Source: an uncultured Bacilli bacterium
GTDB taxonomy: Bacteria > Bacillota_I > Bacilli_A > RF39 > UBA660
Length of the DNA: 42,124 bases
NCBI GenBank assembly: GCA_947594595.1
Contig: CANQEE010000003.1
Span: 1 to 42,124 of the forward strand
Direction: 5' to 3'
The translations under genes and the position numbers were made by a program. This document shows positions 29,723 through 39,495 of this stretch, piece after piece. The notes beneath the pieces are model-generated. The model was given only the letters and a program-made list of their open reading frames with translations. It made no database searches and had not been told where the DNA came from. Position 1 is the first letter of the stretch, and the number at the start of each line of letters is the position of its first letter.

Positions 29723-29826
29723 AAAGCTCTCCTTTCCACTTTTTCTATTTTATTGTAGCACAGCTTTGCTTTAAAATTCAAAATATATCATAATGTTTCT
29801 TAAAAACTAATAAGAAAAAACTTTTA

Positions 29827-29855
29827 TTGTAAAAATATCTATTTTTATTTATAAT
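29827..29855 (+). promoter_or_regulatory. Putative sigmaA promoter of the plus-strand hypothetical gene
   Basis: TTGTAA-17 bp-TATAAT. Confidence 0.55.
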
Positions 29856-29865
29856 AAGTTCGGAT

Positions 29866-30309
29866 GTGATTCAAATGGAAGAAAAAAAATCAATCACTAT
29901 TTTCTTTAATAAAAAAGAAAGAGATCGATTAAATTTAAATTCATATAAAACTGAATTTTCCAATAGGATAAATCATGATGGAAAATTAAGAGAAATCAAT
30001 CATCAATTTCACCTACATATTGATTTTTTAGATCGTTGTAATTTTATAGTAGATTATGCTTTCTCTGGTCATGTGGTTTTCTCTGAAACAGGTTCTTATA
30101 AACTACTAGCAATTCCTGAAGATTTAGATTCTTATCAACTTGAAGAACTTCAAAAATTAAAAGTTCAAGAATCTGATTTGTTATACATTTATCTGGTAGA
30201 TCAGCAAGGTCTAGAAATGATCGAAAAAAATAAAGTATTTACAACCAATCAAAAAATGTTGAAAAGTGTTCTTGATAGAAAAGTGAAAGTAAAAAAGTAT
30301 CCTTTGTAA
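29866..30309 (+). CDS. Hypothetical protein (start 29866 or ATG 29875)
   Basis: 147 aa ORF with its own promoter in an otherwise empty gap. Confidence 0.7.
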   Translation: MIQMEEKKSITIFFNKKERDRLNLNSYKTEFSNRINHDGKLREINHQFHLHIDFLDRCNFIVDYAFSGHVVFSETGSYKLLAIPEDLDSYQLEELQKLKVQESDLLYIYLVDQQGLEMIEKNKVFTTNQKMLKSVLDRKVKVKKYPL

Positions 30310-30362
30310 AACTTTAAAGAAGCATCTTCACTTTTTTTATCATGTTAAAAAAAGAAAAAAGC

Positions 30363-30578
30363 TTATGCAGCTTCTTTTTGGTCAAATCCATATTTTTTAT
30401 TAAATTTCTCTACTTTTCCAGCACGAGATGTTCTTGCTTGTTTTCCAGTATAAAATGGATGACATTTTGAACAAACTTCTACAACGATTTCGTCTTTGGT
30501 AGACATTGTTTCAAATGTTTCTCCACAAGCACAAGTTACTTTACAAGGCTTATAATCTGGATGAATTCCTTTTTTCAT
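30363..30578 (-). CDS. rpmE: 50S ribosomal protein L31 (zinc-binding type)
   Basis: [25 protein letters not shown]. Confidence 0.97.
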   Translation of the reverse strand: MKKGIHPDYKPCKVTCACGETFETMSTKDEIVVEVCSKCHPFYTGKQARTSRAGKVEKFNKKYGFDQKEAA

Positions 30579-30584
30579 TTTAAC

Positions 30585-30625
30585 CTCTCCTTCCGCCATG
30601 ATCTTTAAAAGATCATAGTAATTCG
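30585..30625 (-). promoter_or_regulatory. Candidate L31 leader hairpin
   Basis: CTATGATCTTTTAAAGATCATGG hairpin followed by CGGAAGGAG next to the RBS. Reminiscent of the Firmicutes rpmE leader. Confidence 0.4.
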
Positions 30626-30655
30626 ATTTGCTTTATTACTATAACAAATTTTTTC

Positions 30656-31408
30656 TTATTTGACAAGCACTTTTAAAAGTTGATCTTCTAAATACGAAAT
30701 GATTTGATTCGAAATAGCACTATATCCTTTACTTCCTGGGTGAATATTAAAAGGATTCGGTAAATACTCTGGATGAGCTTTAAATAGAGAAAGTGTAGAA
30801 ATATAAGAAGCTTTATGTTTGGTAGCTATTTTTTGATAGGAAAGTTCTAAATAAGAAAATAATCGATCTAATTTCACATTACTTTCAAATGGATTATAAT
30901 ATCCAACGATTAGTATCTTGGCGTTTGTATATCTTTCCATTTTTTTTAAAAGTTGATCTATATAAATCATGGTTTGATCTATTTTTTCTACAATTTCTTC
31001 TTCCTCTAATAGAGAAGGTTGTATATTTTTTAAAGAAAGATCACTTAAAATATCATTAGCGCCAATTGAAAGAGTAATAAAGTCGGCGCGTCGTAACAAT
31101 TCTTTTAAAACATATTGTTCTTTTCCAATTTGAATGGTTTCATTTTTTAAAATCATATTCTCTAAATCTTTCACACGCGCACCATTTTTTGCAAACTCTT
31201 TGGTATAAAATGCAAGTAGATCATTTCTTTTTAGATAAGATGCGATGGAATCACTATACCCATATTGGACATTTCCATAAGCATTTTCTCCTAAAGCAAG
31301 AGAGTCTCCTAAAGATAAATAGGTTAATTTTTGAGAAGATGTAAATTGATAAATAAAGTAGATAATGACACACATAAGAATGCAAAAAAGAAGTTTCTTA
31401 TGATGCAT
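30656..31408 (-). CDS. SGNH/GDSL hydrolase, membrane-anchored
   Basis: LGDSL, GAND, YNPF, NIHP. Confidence 0.88.
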   Translation of the reverse strand: MHHKKLLFCILMCVIIYFIYQFTSSQKLTYLSLGDSLALGENAYGNVQYGYSDSIASYLKRNDLLAFYTKEFAKNGARVKDLENMILKNETIQIGKEQYVLKELLRRADFITLSIGANDILSDLSLKNIQPSLLEEEEIVEKIDQTMIYIDQLLKKMERYTNAKILIVGYYNPFESNVKLDRLFSYLELSYQKIATKHKASYISTLSLFKAHPEYLPNPFNIHPGSKGYSAISNQIISYLEDQLLKVLVK

Positions 31409-31446
31409 AACAAACACCTCCTAATAAAAAAGAAAGAGTCTCTATA

Positions 31447-32700
31447 TTATATTTCTCTTTCTTTTATATTAGCACCAATGTTTGTCAATTTTTCAACGAT
31501 TTGCTCGTATCCTCTTAAAATATGTTCAACATTTGTAATCTTAGTAATTCCTTCTGCCATCAACCCAGCAATAACTAAAGAAGCTCCTGCTCTTAAGTCT
31601 GTTGCCACTACAGTCGTTCCTACTAATTCTGTTGGTCCTTTAATGGTTGCTGTTTGATTTTTAATTCGAATATCCGCTCCTAGCTGATTGAGATAAGGAA
31701 CATGCATAAAACGATTTTCCCAAATCGTCTCATCAATTTTGCTTTTTCCATCACAAAGTGTTAGAAATGCAGTTAAGGGTTGCTGTAAGTCTGTTGCAAA
31801 ACCGGGATAAGGTTGCGTTCTTACTTGGATTGCTTTAGGATGTTCTGGTTTGCTGACTATGATAAAATCAGCGCCTATTTCCATTTCTACACCTGCTTCT
31901 TCTAACTTAGAAGTTAAAGCTTCAAGATGCCCAGGGATGATATTATCAATCTTTACATGATTTCCACAACAAGCACCCAGAATCAAATAAGTTCCCGCTT
32001 CAATTCGATCTGGAATTACTTCATGAAAGCATCCACCTAAAGAAGAAACACCTTGAATTTTGATTGTAGAAGTTCCTGCTCCTGTAATTTTTGCCCCCAT
32101 ATTATTAAGAAGGGTTGCCACATTGACGATTTCTGGTTCTTTGGCTGCATTATCAATCACTGTCTTTCCTTTGGCCTTAACAGCCGCTAACATGATGTTG
32201 ATCGTAGCACCAACAGAAGCCGTATCTAAATAAATATTAGCTCCATGCAATTTTTCTGCTTCAATCAAATAACAATTGTCCTCTTCCAAAATCTTAGCAC
32301 CTAAAGCTTCAAAACCTTTTAAGTGCAAGTTAATAGGTCTTGTTCCAATCGAACATCCTCCAGGAAAACGCATTTTTACTTTTCCATATTTTCCAAGAAG
32401 AGCTCCCATAAAATAATAGGATGCCCGTAACTTTTTAGACATCGAAGCAGGAATTGCTTTATTCTTCATTCCGTTTGCTTCAATGACAATACTTTCACTA
32501 GCACGTTTTACTTGGGCACCTAAATGATTTAAAATTTCACAGAGTGCATCAATATCTGTTATTTCTGGAACATTACAAATCGTAACCTTTTCATCTGATA
32601 AAATTGCTGCTGGAATTAAGGCTACAGCGCTATTCTTAGCCCCACTAATTCGAACCGTTCCAGAAAGGGTTTTTCCCCCTTCAATCTCAAGTATTTTCAT
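31447..32700 (-). CDS. murA: UDP-N-acetylglucosamine 1-carboxyvinyltransferase (murAB-type position after fba)
   Basis: SGAKNSA, RASYY, PGGCSIG.RP (active-site Cys kept), PDRIEAGT, TDLRAGA. Confidence 0.96.
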   Translation of the reverse strand: MKILEIEGGKTLSGTVRISGAKNSAVALIPAAILSDEKVTICNVPEITDIDALCEILNHLGAQVKRASESIVIEANGMKNKAIPASMSKKLRASYYFMGALLGKYGKVKMRFPGGCSIGTRPINLHLKGFEALGAKILEEDNCYLIEAEKLHGANIYLDTASVGATINIMLAAVKAKGKTVIDNAAKEPEIVNVATLLNNMGAKITGAGTSTIKIQGVSSLGGCFHEVIPDRIEAGTYLILGACCGNHVKIDNIIPGHLEALTSKLEEAGVEMEIGADFIIVSKPEHPKAIQVRTQPYPGFATDLQQPLTAFLTLCDGKSKIDETIWENRFMHVPYLNQLGADIRIKNQTATIKGPTELVGTTVVATDLRAGASLVIAGLMAEGITKITNVEHILRGYEQIVEKLTNIGANIKEREI

Positions 32701-32744
32701 GCCTACCTCCTACTACTATATCTTATTTCTTTTCCATTTTCTTG

Positions 32745-33593
32745 TTACATTCGTTCTGATTCAAACAAAGTAATGATCTCTTTTATTCTTGTTTGAATGG
32801 CCTCTTTTCCACTCGCAATAATTTTTCTTGGATCATAGACTTCTTTGTTTTCATCTAGAAAGGTGCGAACTGCCTTACTCCATACGAGTTGTAACTCTGT
32901 ATTGATGTTAATTTTTGAAATCCCACAAGCAATAGCTTTTTGAATTTTTATCTCTTCAATTCCTGTCCCTCCATGAAGAACAAGTGGAATAGGAAGATTT
33001 TCTTTGATTTCTTTCATTCTTTCAAAATCTAAATGAGGTTCTCCTTTATAAAGTCCATGAACACTTCCAAGCGCAGGAGCTAAAGCATCTATTTGTGTTT
33101 TTTCATAAAGCATTTTGGCTTCTTCCAAGGTTGCATTCAATTCTTTTGAATCAAGACTATTTATATTCTCTCCAATATGCCCTACTTCTGCTTCGACAGA
33201 AATTCCTAACGGATGAGCATATGATACAACTTCTTTCGTTATTTGAATATTTTCAGAGAGTGGATACTTTGAAGCATCAATCATTACAGAAGTAAATCCT
33301 GCATCGATTGCTTCCTTACAAACTGAAAAACTACTTCCATGATCTACATGTAAGCAAACAGGAATCGTAATTTTCATTGCACTAACTAATGCTTTTACAA
33401 GCTCTGCAACAACAGAAAACCCACCCATATATTTAGCAGCTCCTTCACTGACTCCTAAAATAACAGGACGTTTTAACTTTTCCATCTCTTCTAATATATA
33501 TTGAGTCCATTCTAAATTATTGATATTAAAGTGTGCAATAGCATAATGATGCTCTTTTGCATCCTTTAACATTTCTATCATATTTACTAACAT
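32745..33593 (-). CDS. fba: Class II fructose-1,6-bisphosphate aldolase
   Basis: FNINNLEW, HVDHG, VEAEVG, GSVHG, LVLHGGTG, KININTE. Confidence 0.93.
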   Translation of the reverse strand: MLVNMIEMLKDAKEHHYAIAHFNINNLEWTQYILEEMEKLKRPVILGVSEGAAKYMGGFSVVAELVKALVSAMKITIPVCLHVDHGSSFSVCKEAIDAGFTSVMIDASKYPLSENIQITKEVVSYAHPLGISVEAEVGHIGENINSLDSKELNATLEEAKMLYEKTQIDALAPALGSVHGLYKGEPHLDFERMKEIKENLPIPLVLHGGTGIEEIKIQKAIACGISKININTELQLVWSKAVRTFLDENKEVYDPRKIIASGKEAIQTRIKEIITLFESERM

Positions 33594-33643
33594 TTTTGTC
33601 ACCATCTTAATCATATAAGAACAGACAAATTTTGTCAAAAGAA

Positions 33644-33660
33644 AAGAGTGAATTTCACTC
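33644..33660 (-). terminator. Possible terminator downstream of 33735..34520
   Basis: gagtgaa-t-ttcactc hairpin with a T-rich tail on the minus strand. Confidence 0.4.
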
Positions 33661-33734
33661 GATTTGATCTTATTAGAATTTTTCCATCTAAATCTCTTTT
33701 AATAAAGCTTCTTCTTTTATTTTTCTAATAGAAG

Positions 33735-34520
33735 TTATTGATGAAGTTTATGAATCAATTCCTTATTTTTTTGAAAAGAAGATTTCTTTATTCCTGTTAT
33801 CTGTTCTACAAATTCTTCTTCATATTCACTAAAACAAGCAGATATAAAATTTTGATACAAATTGATTTCTTGAAATTGCATTCGTTCTTGAAATTTAGAA
33901 AGAAAAGAAGAAATGGTAGAATTTGGAGGAGAAAAGGAGTCAATATCATTACTCTTTTTTTCAATATTTAAAGCATAAGTACATCCTTTTCCTCTTTGTT
34001 GATAACAATAAGAAAAAATGGGTCCTTTTTTTTGTAATAAGAAATTTTCATAAGGCTTTGGAGAGCGTAAATAATTTTGATAGAACCCAAGAACAAAATT
34101 TTTTTGTAAATTCATTGAATAAAGAATTTGATTTTGTTTTTGAAAGACACAACGAATCCCTTGTAAAATAATTTCCTTCTTAGAATTTAAATGGAATTGA
34201 TAACGACCCTTTATTGCATCATAAGGTTTTCCCTTAGTAGAAAGAGAAAATTGAATATCTTCTTCTATATTATTAAAAGTTCCTTCTAACTCTCCTACTG
34301 GTGTAGAAAAAGAAAAGTTACAATTCACATTTTTAGATTCAAATTGTATGTCTAAGATCCCAACTTGCTCTCCTCCATCTAAAAATGAAATTTGTTGAAA
34401 TCCATGCTGAGAAGGATGCATCATAATATCCTGTATCGAAATAGAAAAGAGATCTCCCATTAAAAGAATCTTTTCAAAAATAGGAAAATGAACTTCTTTT
34501 TGATAAACTTGTGTCTTCAT
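33735..34520 (-). CDS. Hypothetical protein
   Basis: 261 aa ORF with AAGGAG RBS. No recognisable motif. Confidence 0.75.
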   Translation of the reverse strand: MKTQVYQKEVHFPIFEKILLMGDLFSISIQDIMMHPSQHGFQQISFLDGGEQVGILDIQFESKNVNCNFSFSTPVGELEGTFNNIEEDIQFSLSTKGKPYDAIKGRYQFHLNSKKEIILQGIRCVFQKQNQILYSMNLQKNFVLGFYQNYLRSPKPYENFLLQKKGPIFSYCYQQRGKGCTYALNIEKKSNDIDSFSPPNSTISSFLSKFQERMQFQEINLYQNFISACFSEYEEEFVEQITGIKKSSFQKNKELIHKLHQ

Positions 34521-34692
34521 AAAAACTCCTTTCTTTTTTTATTGTAAAAGGAGATTTTTAATGATTCAATTTTTAATGATCCAAAAATTTTGACAAAAAA
34601 TGACATTTTCATTTTCTTTTTACATCTTTTTGTTTCATTAGTTTTTATCATCTAACTTGTTATGATTCTCTCTTCCTTTTCAAACAAATTTT

Positions 34693-34836
34693 CTATTCAA
34701 GAGAATCCTCTACTCTATTTTTTACCTCCTTATAATATTGAATTCCTTTTTCAATACTTTCCGTTTTTCTTGTAAGTGTCTCTTTTATTTGTTTTTGAAG
34801 ATGTTTTTGACATTTTTGTTTTTGATATTTTTTCAT
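34693..34836 (-). CDS. Small 47-aa ORF or gene remnant
   Basis: AGGAGG RBS then MKKYQKQKCQKHLQKQIKETLTRKTESIEKGIQYYKEVKNRVEDSLE*. Below the ORF-track cutoff. Confidence 0.4.
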   Translation of the reverse strand: MKKYQKQKCQKHLQKQIKETLTRKTESIEKGIQYYKEVKNRVEDSLE

Positions 34837-34875
34837 AAATTCCTCCTAATTTTAGTTTTTCACACGAAAAAAAAT

Positions 34876-35409
34876 TTATCCAAAAAGATAAAAAAGAGAA
34901 AGGAGAAATAGCAGTACACAGCCAAAAAGGTTGGCTTTCTTTCCAAATGATTTTTGTAATTTTTTTCCAAATAAGAGTCCACAATATGTAAATAGAAAAC
35001 TACAAAATGTAAAAATGATTCCTGCAAAACAAACATTTTCTTTTGTCGCGCCAAATCCTAGACCGACAGAAAAACTATCTAAACTTACAGTAAAAGCAAA
35101 GAAAAGAACTTGAAAAATATTTTCAATAGGGCTTGCCTTTTCCTCTTCTTTTAAGGAAAAAAGCATCTCTAATGAAAGAAATAAAAAAATAATTCCCACT
35201 AAATAGTTAGGATGCATAAGATATTTTGAAATGTAATAAGATCCTATTAAACTTCCAAAAAAAGGCATAAAAAAATGAAAAAGACCAACACTACTACTTA
35301 AAATAAGTGCAAGTTTCTTATTTTTTAAAAATAGTCCATATAAAATAGAAAGAGAAAATGCATCCATCGATAAGCCAATTCCAACCAACAAATAACGAAC
35401 AAATTCCAT
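34876..35409 (-). CDS. mntP: Manganese efflux pump MntP family
   Basis: GLSMDAFS, FHFFMP..G, VSLDSFSVG, about 6 TMs. Confidence 0.88.
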   Translation of the reverse strand: MEFVRYLLVGIGLSMDAFSLSILYGLFLKNKKLALILSSSVGLFHFFMPFFGSLIGSYYISKYLMHPNYLVGIIFLFLSLEMLFSLKEEEKASPIENIFQVLFFAFTVSLDSFSVGLGFGATKENVCFAGIIFTFCSFLFTYCGLLFGKKLQKSFGKKANLFGCVLLFLLSLFYLFG

Positions 35410-35447
35410 AATGTCCTCCTACTTATTGTATGAGGAGAAAATAAATC

Positions 35448-36203
35448 CTAGAAGTGATTCTTTTGAAAGAAATGTAGAGCATCTTCATACCCTAATCTCA
35501 TATTTGCAAGAATCTTTTGATGATCAAAATCTAGTACACCTCCTAAATCTTTGGATGGAGTTAAATAGAGAATATTTGGGATATTTTGATATTTTTCATC
35601 TAAAACATCCCCTTTTTTCAATCCAATTGCAAAAATTTGATCTGCACCCATCTCTAGAGCAAAATCAATTGGTAAATTGTCAAAAAGGCCTCCATCCATA
35701 TAAGTTTGTCCTTCTATTTGAATCGTTGGAAAAGCAGGAAAAAGTGCAGAAGAGGCTAATAAAAATGAACAAATTTTATCTTCTTCTAATTGATTTACTT
35801 CTACTTTTACAGGATAAAGAGAAGGAAGAGAAGTTGTTACAATTCCAAAACGTATAGAACTCTTTCTTAATTTTTTCAAATCAATCAGTTCACAAGCTAA
35901 TTTTTTTAAAGGAGTGTTATCGAAACTTCCTTTAAAAAGGTAATGTCCAATATAAGGAATAATTGTCTTGCTTTTTTCTAAAAAATAAGCATCTGTTCCT
36001 TTCAAAATATCCTCAAGTTGAATCGTGGACCAAATATATTTTGCAAGAGCATATTCTCCTGTTGTAAAAAACAAGCCATTTAAAGCTCCTACAGAAGTTC
36101 CACAAACAATCTCATAGGAAATTCCTAACTCTCGAAGAGCTCTCCAAACACCAATTTGATAACTTCCTTTAGCTCCTCCCCCTGAAAGTACAATTGCTCT
36201 CAT
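35448..36203 (-). CDS. Patatin-like phospholipase
   Basis: GGGAKG, GTSVG, DGG. Confidence 0.92.
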   Translation of the reverse strand: MRAIVLSGGGAKGSYQIGVWRALRELGISYEIVCGTSVGALNGLFFTTGEYALAKYIWSTIQLEDILKGTDAYFLEKSKTIIPYIGHYLFKGSFDNTPLKKLACELIDLKKLRKSSIRFGIVTTSLPSLYPVKVEVNQLEEDKICSFLLASSALFPAFPTIQIEGQTYMDGGLFDNLPIDFALEMGADQIFAIGLKKGDVLDEKYQNIPNILYLTPSKDLGGVLDFDHQKILANMRLGYEDALHFFQKNHF

Positions 36204-36254
36204 AAAATCACCTGTTGTATTTTATGAACAAAGAAAAAAAGCGATTAGGCTTTT

Positions 36255-36794
36255 TTAATGAAAGAGAGAATCAAGAATTTCCTGAATGAACGATGTATAT
36301 TCTACCTTTTCACTTTCTGTTTTTTCTCCTTCTAATAAACAAAGTGGTGGAAATAAAACACACCAGAAATTTTCTCCTTCACCCTTTCCTAAACGGACTA
36401 CTAAAGATTCATATTCTCCTTCTTGATAAGTAACACCTTGATATTCTTTTTCTGGGAAATAATGCATTCCATAATCTATCGTGTAAGGAAGAGATCTATT
36501 TTCTTCTCTTAATTCATTTTGAACCACTGTTTCCATTTCTGTTTTATTTTCTAAAAGGCTTGCTTTCATTTGCTTTTTTGTTTTATTTTCTAATAAGATA
36601 GGTTGTAAAAAAGAAGTTAATTGATCTTTTACTGCCTTTTTTGTTTGTTGATCTTCTATGCTATTACTATTAGCAATCACTCGAAACCGAATCGCATCTT
36701 TTGGAATAATGATAGAAGAAGAGGCTTTTCCCCCTACATTGATACAAAATACAATAAGAACTAAAAGAATCATACTTTTTTTCATTTTTTTCAT
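36255..36794 (-). CDS. spoIIR: Stage II sporulation protein R
   Basis: Signal peptide, IRFRVIANSNS..DQ, YFP.KEY.G..Y..GEYESL, GENFWCVLFPPLC. Confidence 0.95.
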   Translation of the reverse strand: MKKMKKSMILLVLIVFCINVGGKASSSIIIPKDAIRFRVIANSNSIEDQQTKKAVKDQLTSFLQPILLENKTKKQMKASLLENKTEMETVVQNELREENRSLPYTIDYGMHYFPEKEYQGVTYQEGEYESLVVRLGKGEGENFWCVLFPPLCLLEGEKTESEKVEYTSFIQEILDSLFH

Positions 36795-36806
36795 TCCCTT
36801 CTCTTT

Positions 36807-36836
36807 AAAAATGAGAAGAGTTAATTCATTTTATTC
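36807..36836 (-). promoter_or_regulatory. Possible forespore (sigmaF/G-like) promoter of spoIIR
   Basis: GAATA-18 bp-CATTTTT, an imperfect match. Confidence 0.35.
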
Positions 36837-36889
36837 ATAAAGAAAAAAAGAAATTTTGACAAATTTTTATGAAAAAGAAAAAGTTTCTC

Positions 36890-38602
36890 TTATTTTTTAG
36901 AAACTACTTTTTCAATTTGATCTTTTTCTTTTTTAGTAAGGGCAAAGAGTTGAAAAATAAATGCATCTAATTCTTCTTTTGCTAACTCATCTTTTTCTAA
37001 AATTCGGTTGACCCAATGTAAAACTTTTTCATCCTCTTCTTTTGTCAAAAGAGGAAATGGAAGTTCCATTAAATTTCCCTTTAATATTTTTATCTCTCCA
37101 AATAATTTTATATATAAATATTGATATAACTTAGAATTGAGAAATCCCATGACAGTTTTAATGGACATGTTTGGAATGTTTGGAATTAAAATATTCGCAC
37201 TGTTCAAAAATAAACTTTTTGAAGAATCATATGCAAATACTAATTTATTAGATACAAACTTATAAACCAATTTTTCAGGTGCACGATAAATTGCTTCTTT
37301 CCCTACTTGTTGTAATTCAGAAGGATTAAAAATAAGATAGTTTTTTGCTGGTTTTAATTCATAAGCATCAATTTCTTTTCCTGTATAAATTTTTTCACTG
37401 TCATCTATTTTTCTAGGAAGTAATTTTTCATGATTATTCCCTGTAACAATACCAATTGACCATAAACTATCTTTCAAGGTTTCTTTGGCATTCTTTTTTA
37501 CTTTTTGTATAATTCCCCTATCAACTTCTTCTAATAAATTAAATACTCTATTTTCTGTTTCATAAAAGGAATCAACCGAAATTTTTTTCTTTTTTTTGTT
37601 TTCAATAACTTTTACAAAAGGGCCTTGCTCTTCTTTTTTAACTTCTATATCTACATAGGAAGTTGTAACGCCACTAAACAAGGTATCATAGATTGTAATT
37701 TGTTTTAAATTTCCATGTTCTAACATAAAGGTTCTTATATCTTTATGTGCTTTTACATTCATAACTGAATAAGGAAATAAAAAACGAATAATTCCTTTTT
37801 CTTTCAATTGTGAGTATGCTTGATAATAAAAGCAAGAAAAATATTCTTGAGAAGAAGAAATCTTCTTTTGATTTGGAATTGCTCCCCAAGGGGGATTGGT
37901 AATAATATAGTCAAACTTTAAGTCATGCCATGAACTTTTTTCATTCAAATAGTCAAAACACTCAATTTGTGGATAAAAGGAAATTTTTGGAAATTTTAAA
38001 ATTAAATTTGCTTTGGCAATCATAACTGCGATAGGATCATTATCAATTCCATAAATTTGTGTAGGAGAAACATTTTCAAGAGCAAGAAAGAACGCTCCAC
38101 TTCCACAACATGGATCTAAAAAGGTTTGTCCTTTAGAAAATTGTAAAGAATGAAGCATATGATGTGTAACCATTTCAGGTGTATAATAAGAACCTTTTTT
38201 GTTTTTAACTCCTTCTAGTAAGGAAGATTGATAAAATAATCCTAAAAGATCTATTTCATTTGGAAGTTCCATTTTTCTTACTTCTTCGATGAGAGAATAA
38301 GGGTATTCTTTTAGAAACCTTTGTACATTAGAATGAGAAAAAATTCCTTTTCTTTGAAAGAGAGAAACTGCAATAGAAAAAAGAACTTCCTCTTTTTTCC
38401 ATTTATATAATTCCATTTTTTTCATAAGATCTTCTAAAAATAAAATCGTAGAAGGATTTTTCATATATTCAATGGGTATAATTTTTTTTGTGGACTGCGT
38501 TTTATTCGCACGAGAAGAGAGTTTTCCTCGTTTTGAAACATTTAATCTTTCCCAATTCTTTTTGGTTGCATCAGAAATTTGTTGTTTTGGCATTTTCATC
38601 AT
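36890..38602 (-). CDS. N6-adenine DNA methyltransferase, gamma class with TaqI-like C-terminal specificity domain
   Basis: GSYYTP, LDPCCGSGAF, YGIDND, ITNPPW, GIVTG, LNS. Start is one of ATG 38602/38599/38593. Confidence 0.9.
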   Translation of the reverse strand: MMKMPKQQISDATKKNWERLNVSKRGKLSSRANKTQSTKKIIPIEYMKNPSTILFLEDLMKKMELYKWKKEEVLFSIAVSLFQRKGIFSHSNVQRFLKEYPYSLIEEVRKMELPNEIDLLGLFYQSSLLEGVKNKKGSYYTPEMVTHHMLHSLQFSKGQTFLDPCCGSGAFFLALENVSPTQIYGIDNDPIAVMIAKANLILKFPKISFYPQIECFDYLNEKSSWHDLKFDYIITNPPWGAIPNQKKISSSQEYFSCFYYQAYSQLKEKGIIRFLFPYSVMNVKAHKDIRTFMLEHGNLKQITIYDTLFSGVTTSYVDIEVKKEEQGPFVKVIENKKKKKISVDSFYETENRVFNLLEEVDRGIIQKVKKNAKETLKDSLWSIGIVTGNNHEKLLPRKIDDSEKIYTGKEIDAYELKPAKNYLIFNPSELQQVGKEAIYRAPEKLVYKFVSNKLVFAYDSSKSLFLNSANILIPNIPNMSIKTVMGFLNSKLYQYLYIKLFGEIKILKGNLMELPFPLLTKEEDEKVLHWVNRILEKDELAKEELDAFIFQLFALTKKEKDQIEKVVSKK

Positions 38603-38655
38603 CCCATCTATATCTTTTTTTATTTTAACACTTTTTATTCTAAAAGAAAAAGAAG

Positions 38656-39492
38656 TTATCCATTTCCTTTTCGATAGACAAAAAGCATACGATCCCTTCC
38701 CTGTAAATCTTTTAAACATTCTATTTCTACATCTTTTAAATAGATTTTTACAAGTTCAGTAAGTGAATCTTTTTGAGTTTCCCCAATTTCAAAAGCAAGT
38801 AAAAATTTTTCTTTTAAATAGGAATTTACATGCTGTAATATTTTACGATAACAAGAAAGTCCATCTTTTCCTCCATAAAGAGCAAGTGCAGGTTCATTTT
38901 TTTTAACTATTTCTTCGATCTCTTCATCTTCTCTAATATAAGGGGGATTCGAAATAATAATATCAAAGGGACTGGATTCTAAATTTTCTAAAAAATCACC
39001 TTGATGAAACAGTACTGGAATTTGTAATGTTTCACTATTTTTTTTAGCAACATTTAAAGCTTTCTCACTAATATCAAGAAGTTCTACTGTAGAAGAGGGT
39101 AACTTATCTTGTAAAGTAAGACCTATAACACCACTTCCGCAACCAAGATCTAAAATATGAAGAGGAAAATCCTTTTCCCATATTTGCTGGATATATTCTA
39201 GTGCCTTTTCAACCAACTCTTCTGTCTCAAAACGTGGTATAAGCACATTTTTATCCACATAAAATTGTCTATTAAAAAATTGTACATGCCCTATTGCATA
39301 TTGAATAGGAGTTCCTTCTTGAAGGGCTTGAATTTCCTTTTTATACTGTTCTAATAAATTTATTGGAACCTCTTCTTCTAAACATAAATAAAGTTCTAAG
39401 GGATTTTTTCCCAATAAATCACTCAATAATATTTTAGCAAAATCAGAATGAACTTTCTCTTTTCCATAACAAATTGCTTCTTCTATACGCAT
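38656..39492 (-). CDS. prmC: Release factor glutamine methyltransferase
   Basis: VLIPRFETEELV, LDLGCGSG, SNPPY, EP.LALYGG.DGL. Follows prfA. Confidence 0.96.
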   Translation of the reverse strand: MRIEEAICYGKEKVHSDFAKILLSDLLGKNPLELYLCLEEEVPINLLEQYKKEIQALQEGTPIQYAIGHVQFFNRQFYVDKNVLIPRFETEELVEKALEYIQQIWEKDFPLHILDLGCGSGVIGLTLQDKLPSSTVELLDISEKALNVAKKNSETLQIPVLFHQGDFLENLESSPFDIIISNPPYIREDEEIEEIVKKNEPALALYGGKDGLSCYRKILQHVNSYLKEKFLLAFEIGETQKDSLTELVKIYLKDVEIECLKDLQGRDRMLFVYRKGNG

Positions 39493-39495
39493 TTA

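Noticed and set aside
35411-35857. 148-aa plus-strand ORF and the other short ORFs antisense to or nested in real genes
   Set aside because: They overlap well-supported genes and lack motifs or RBS, so they are shadow ORFs.
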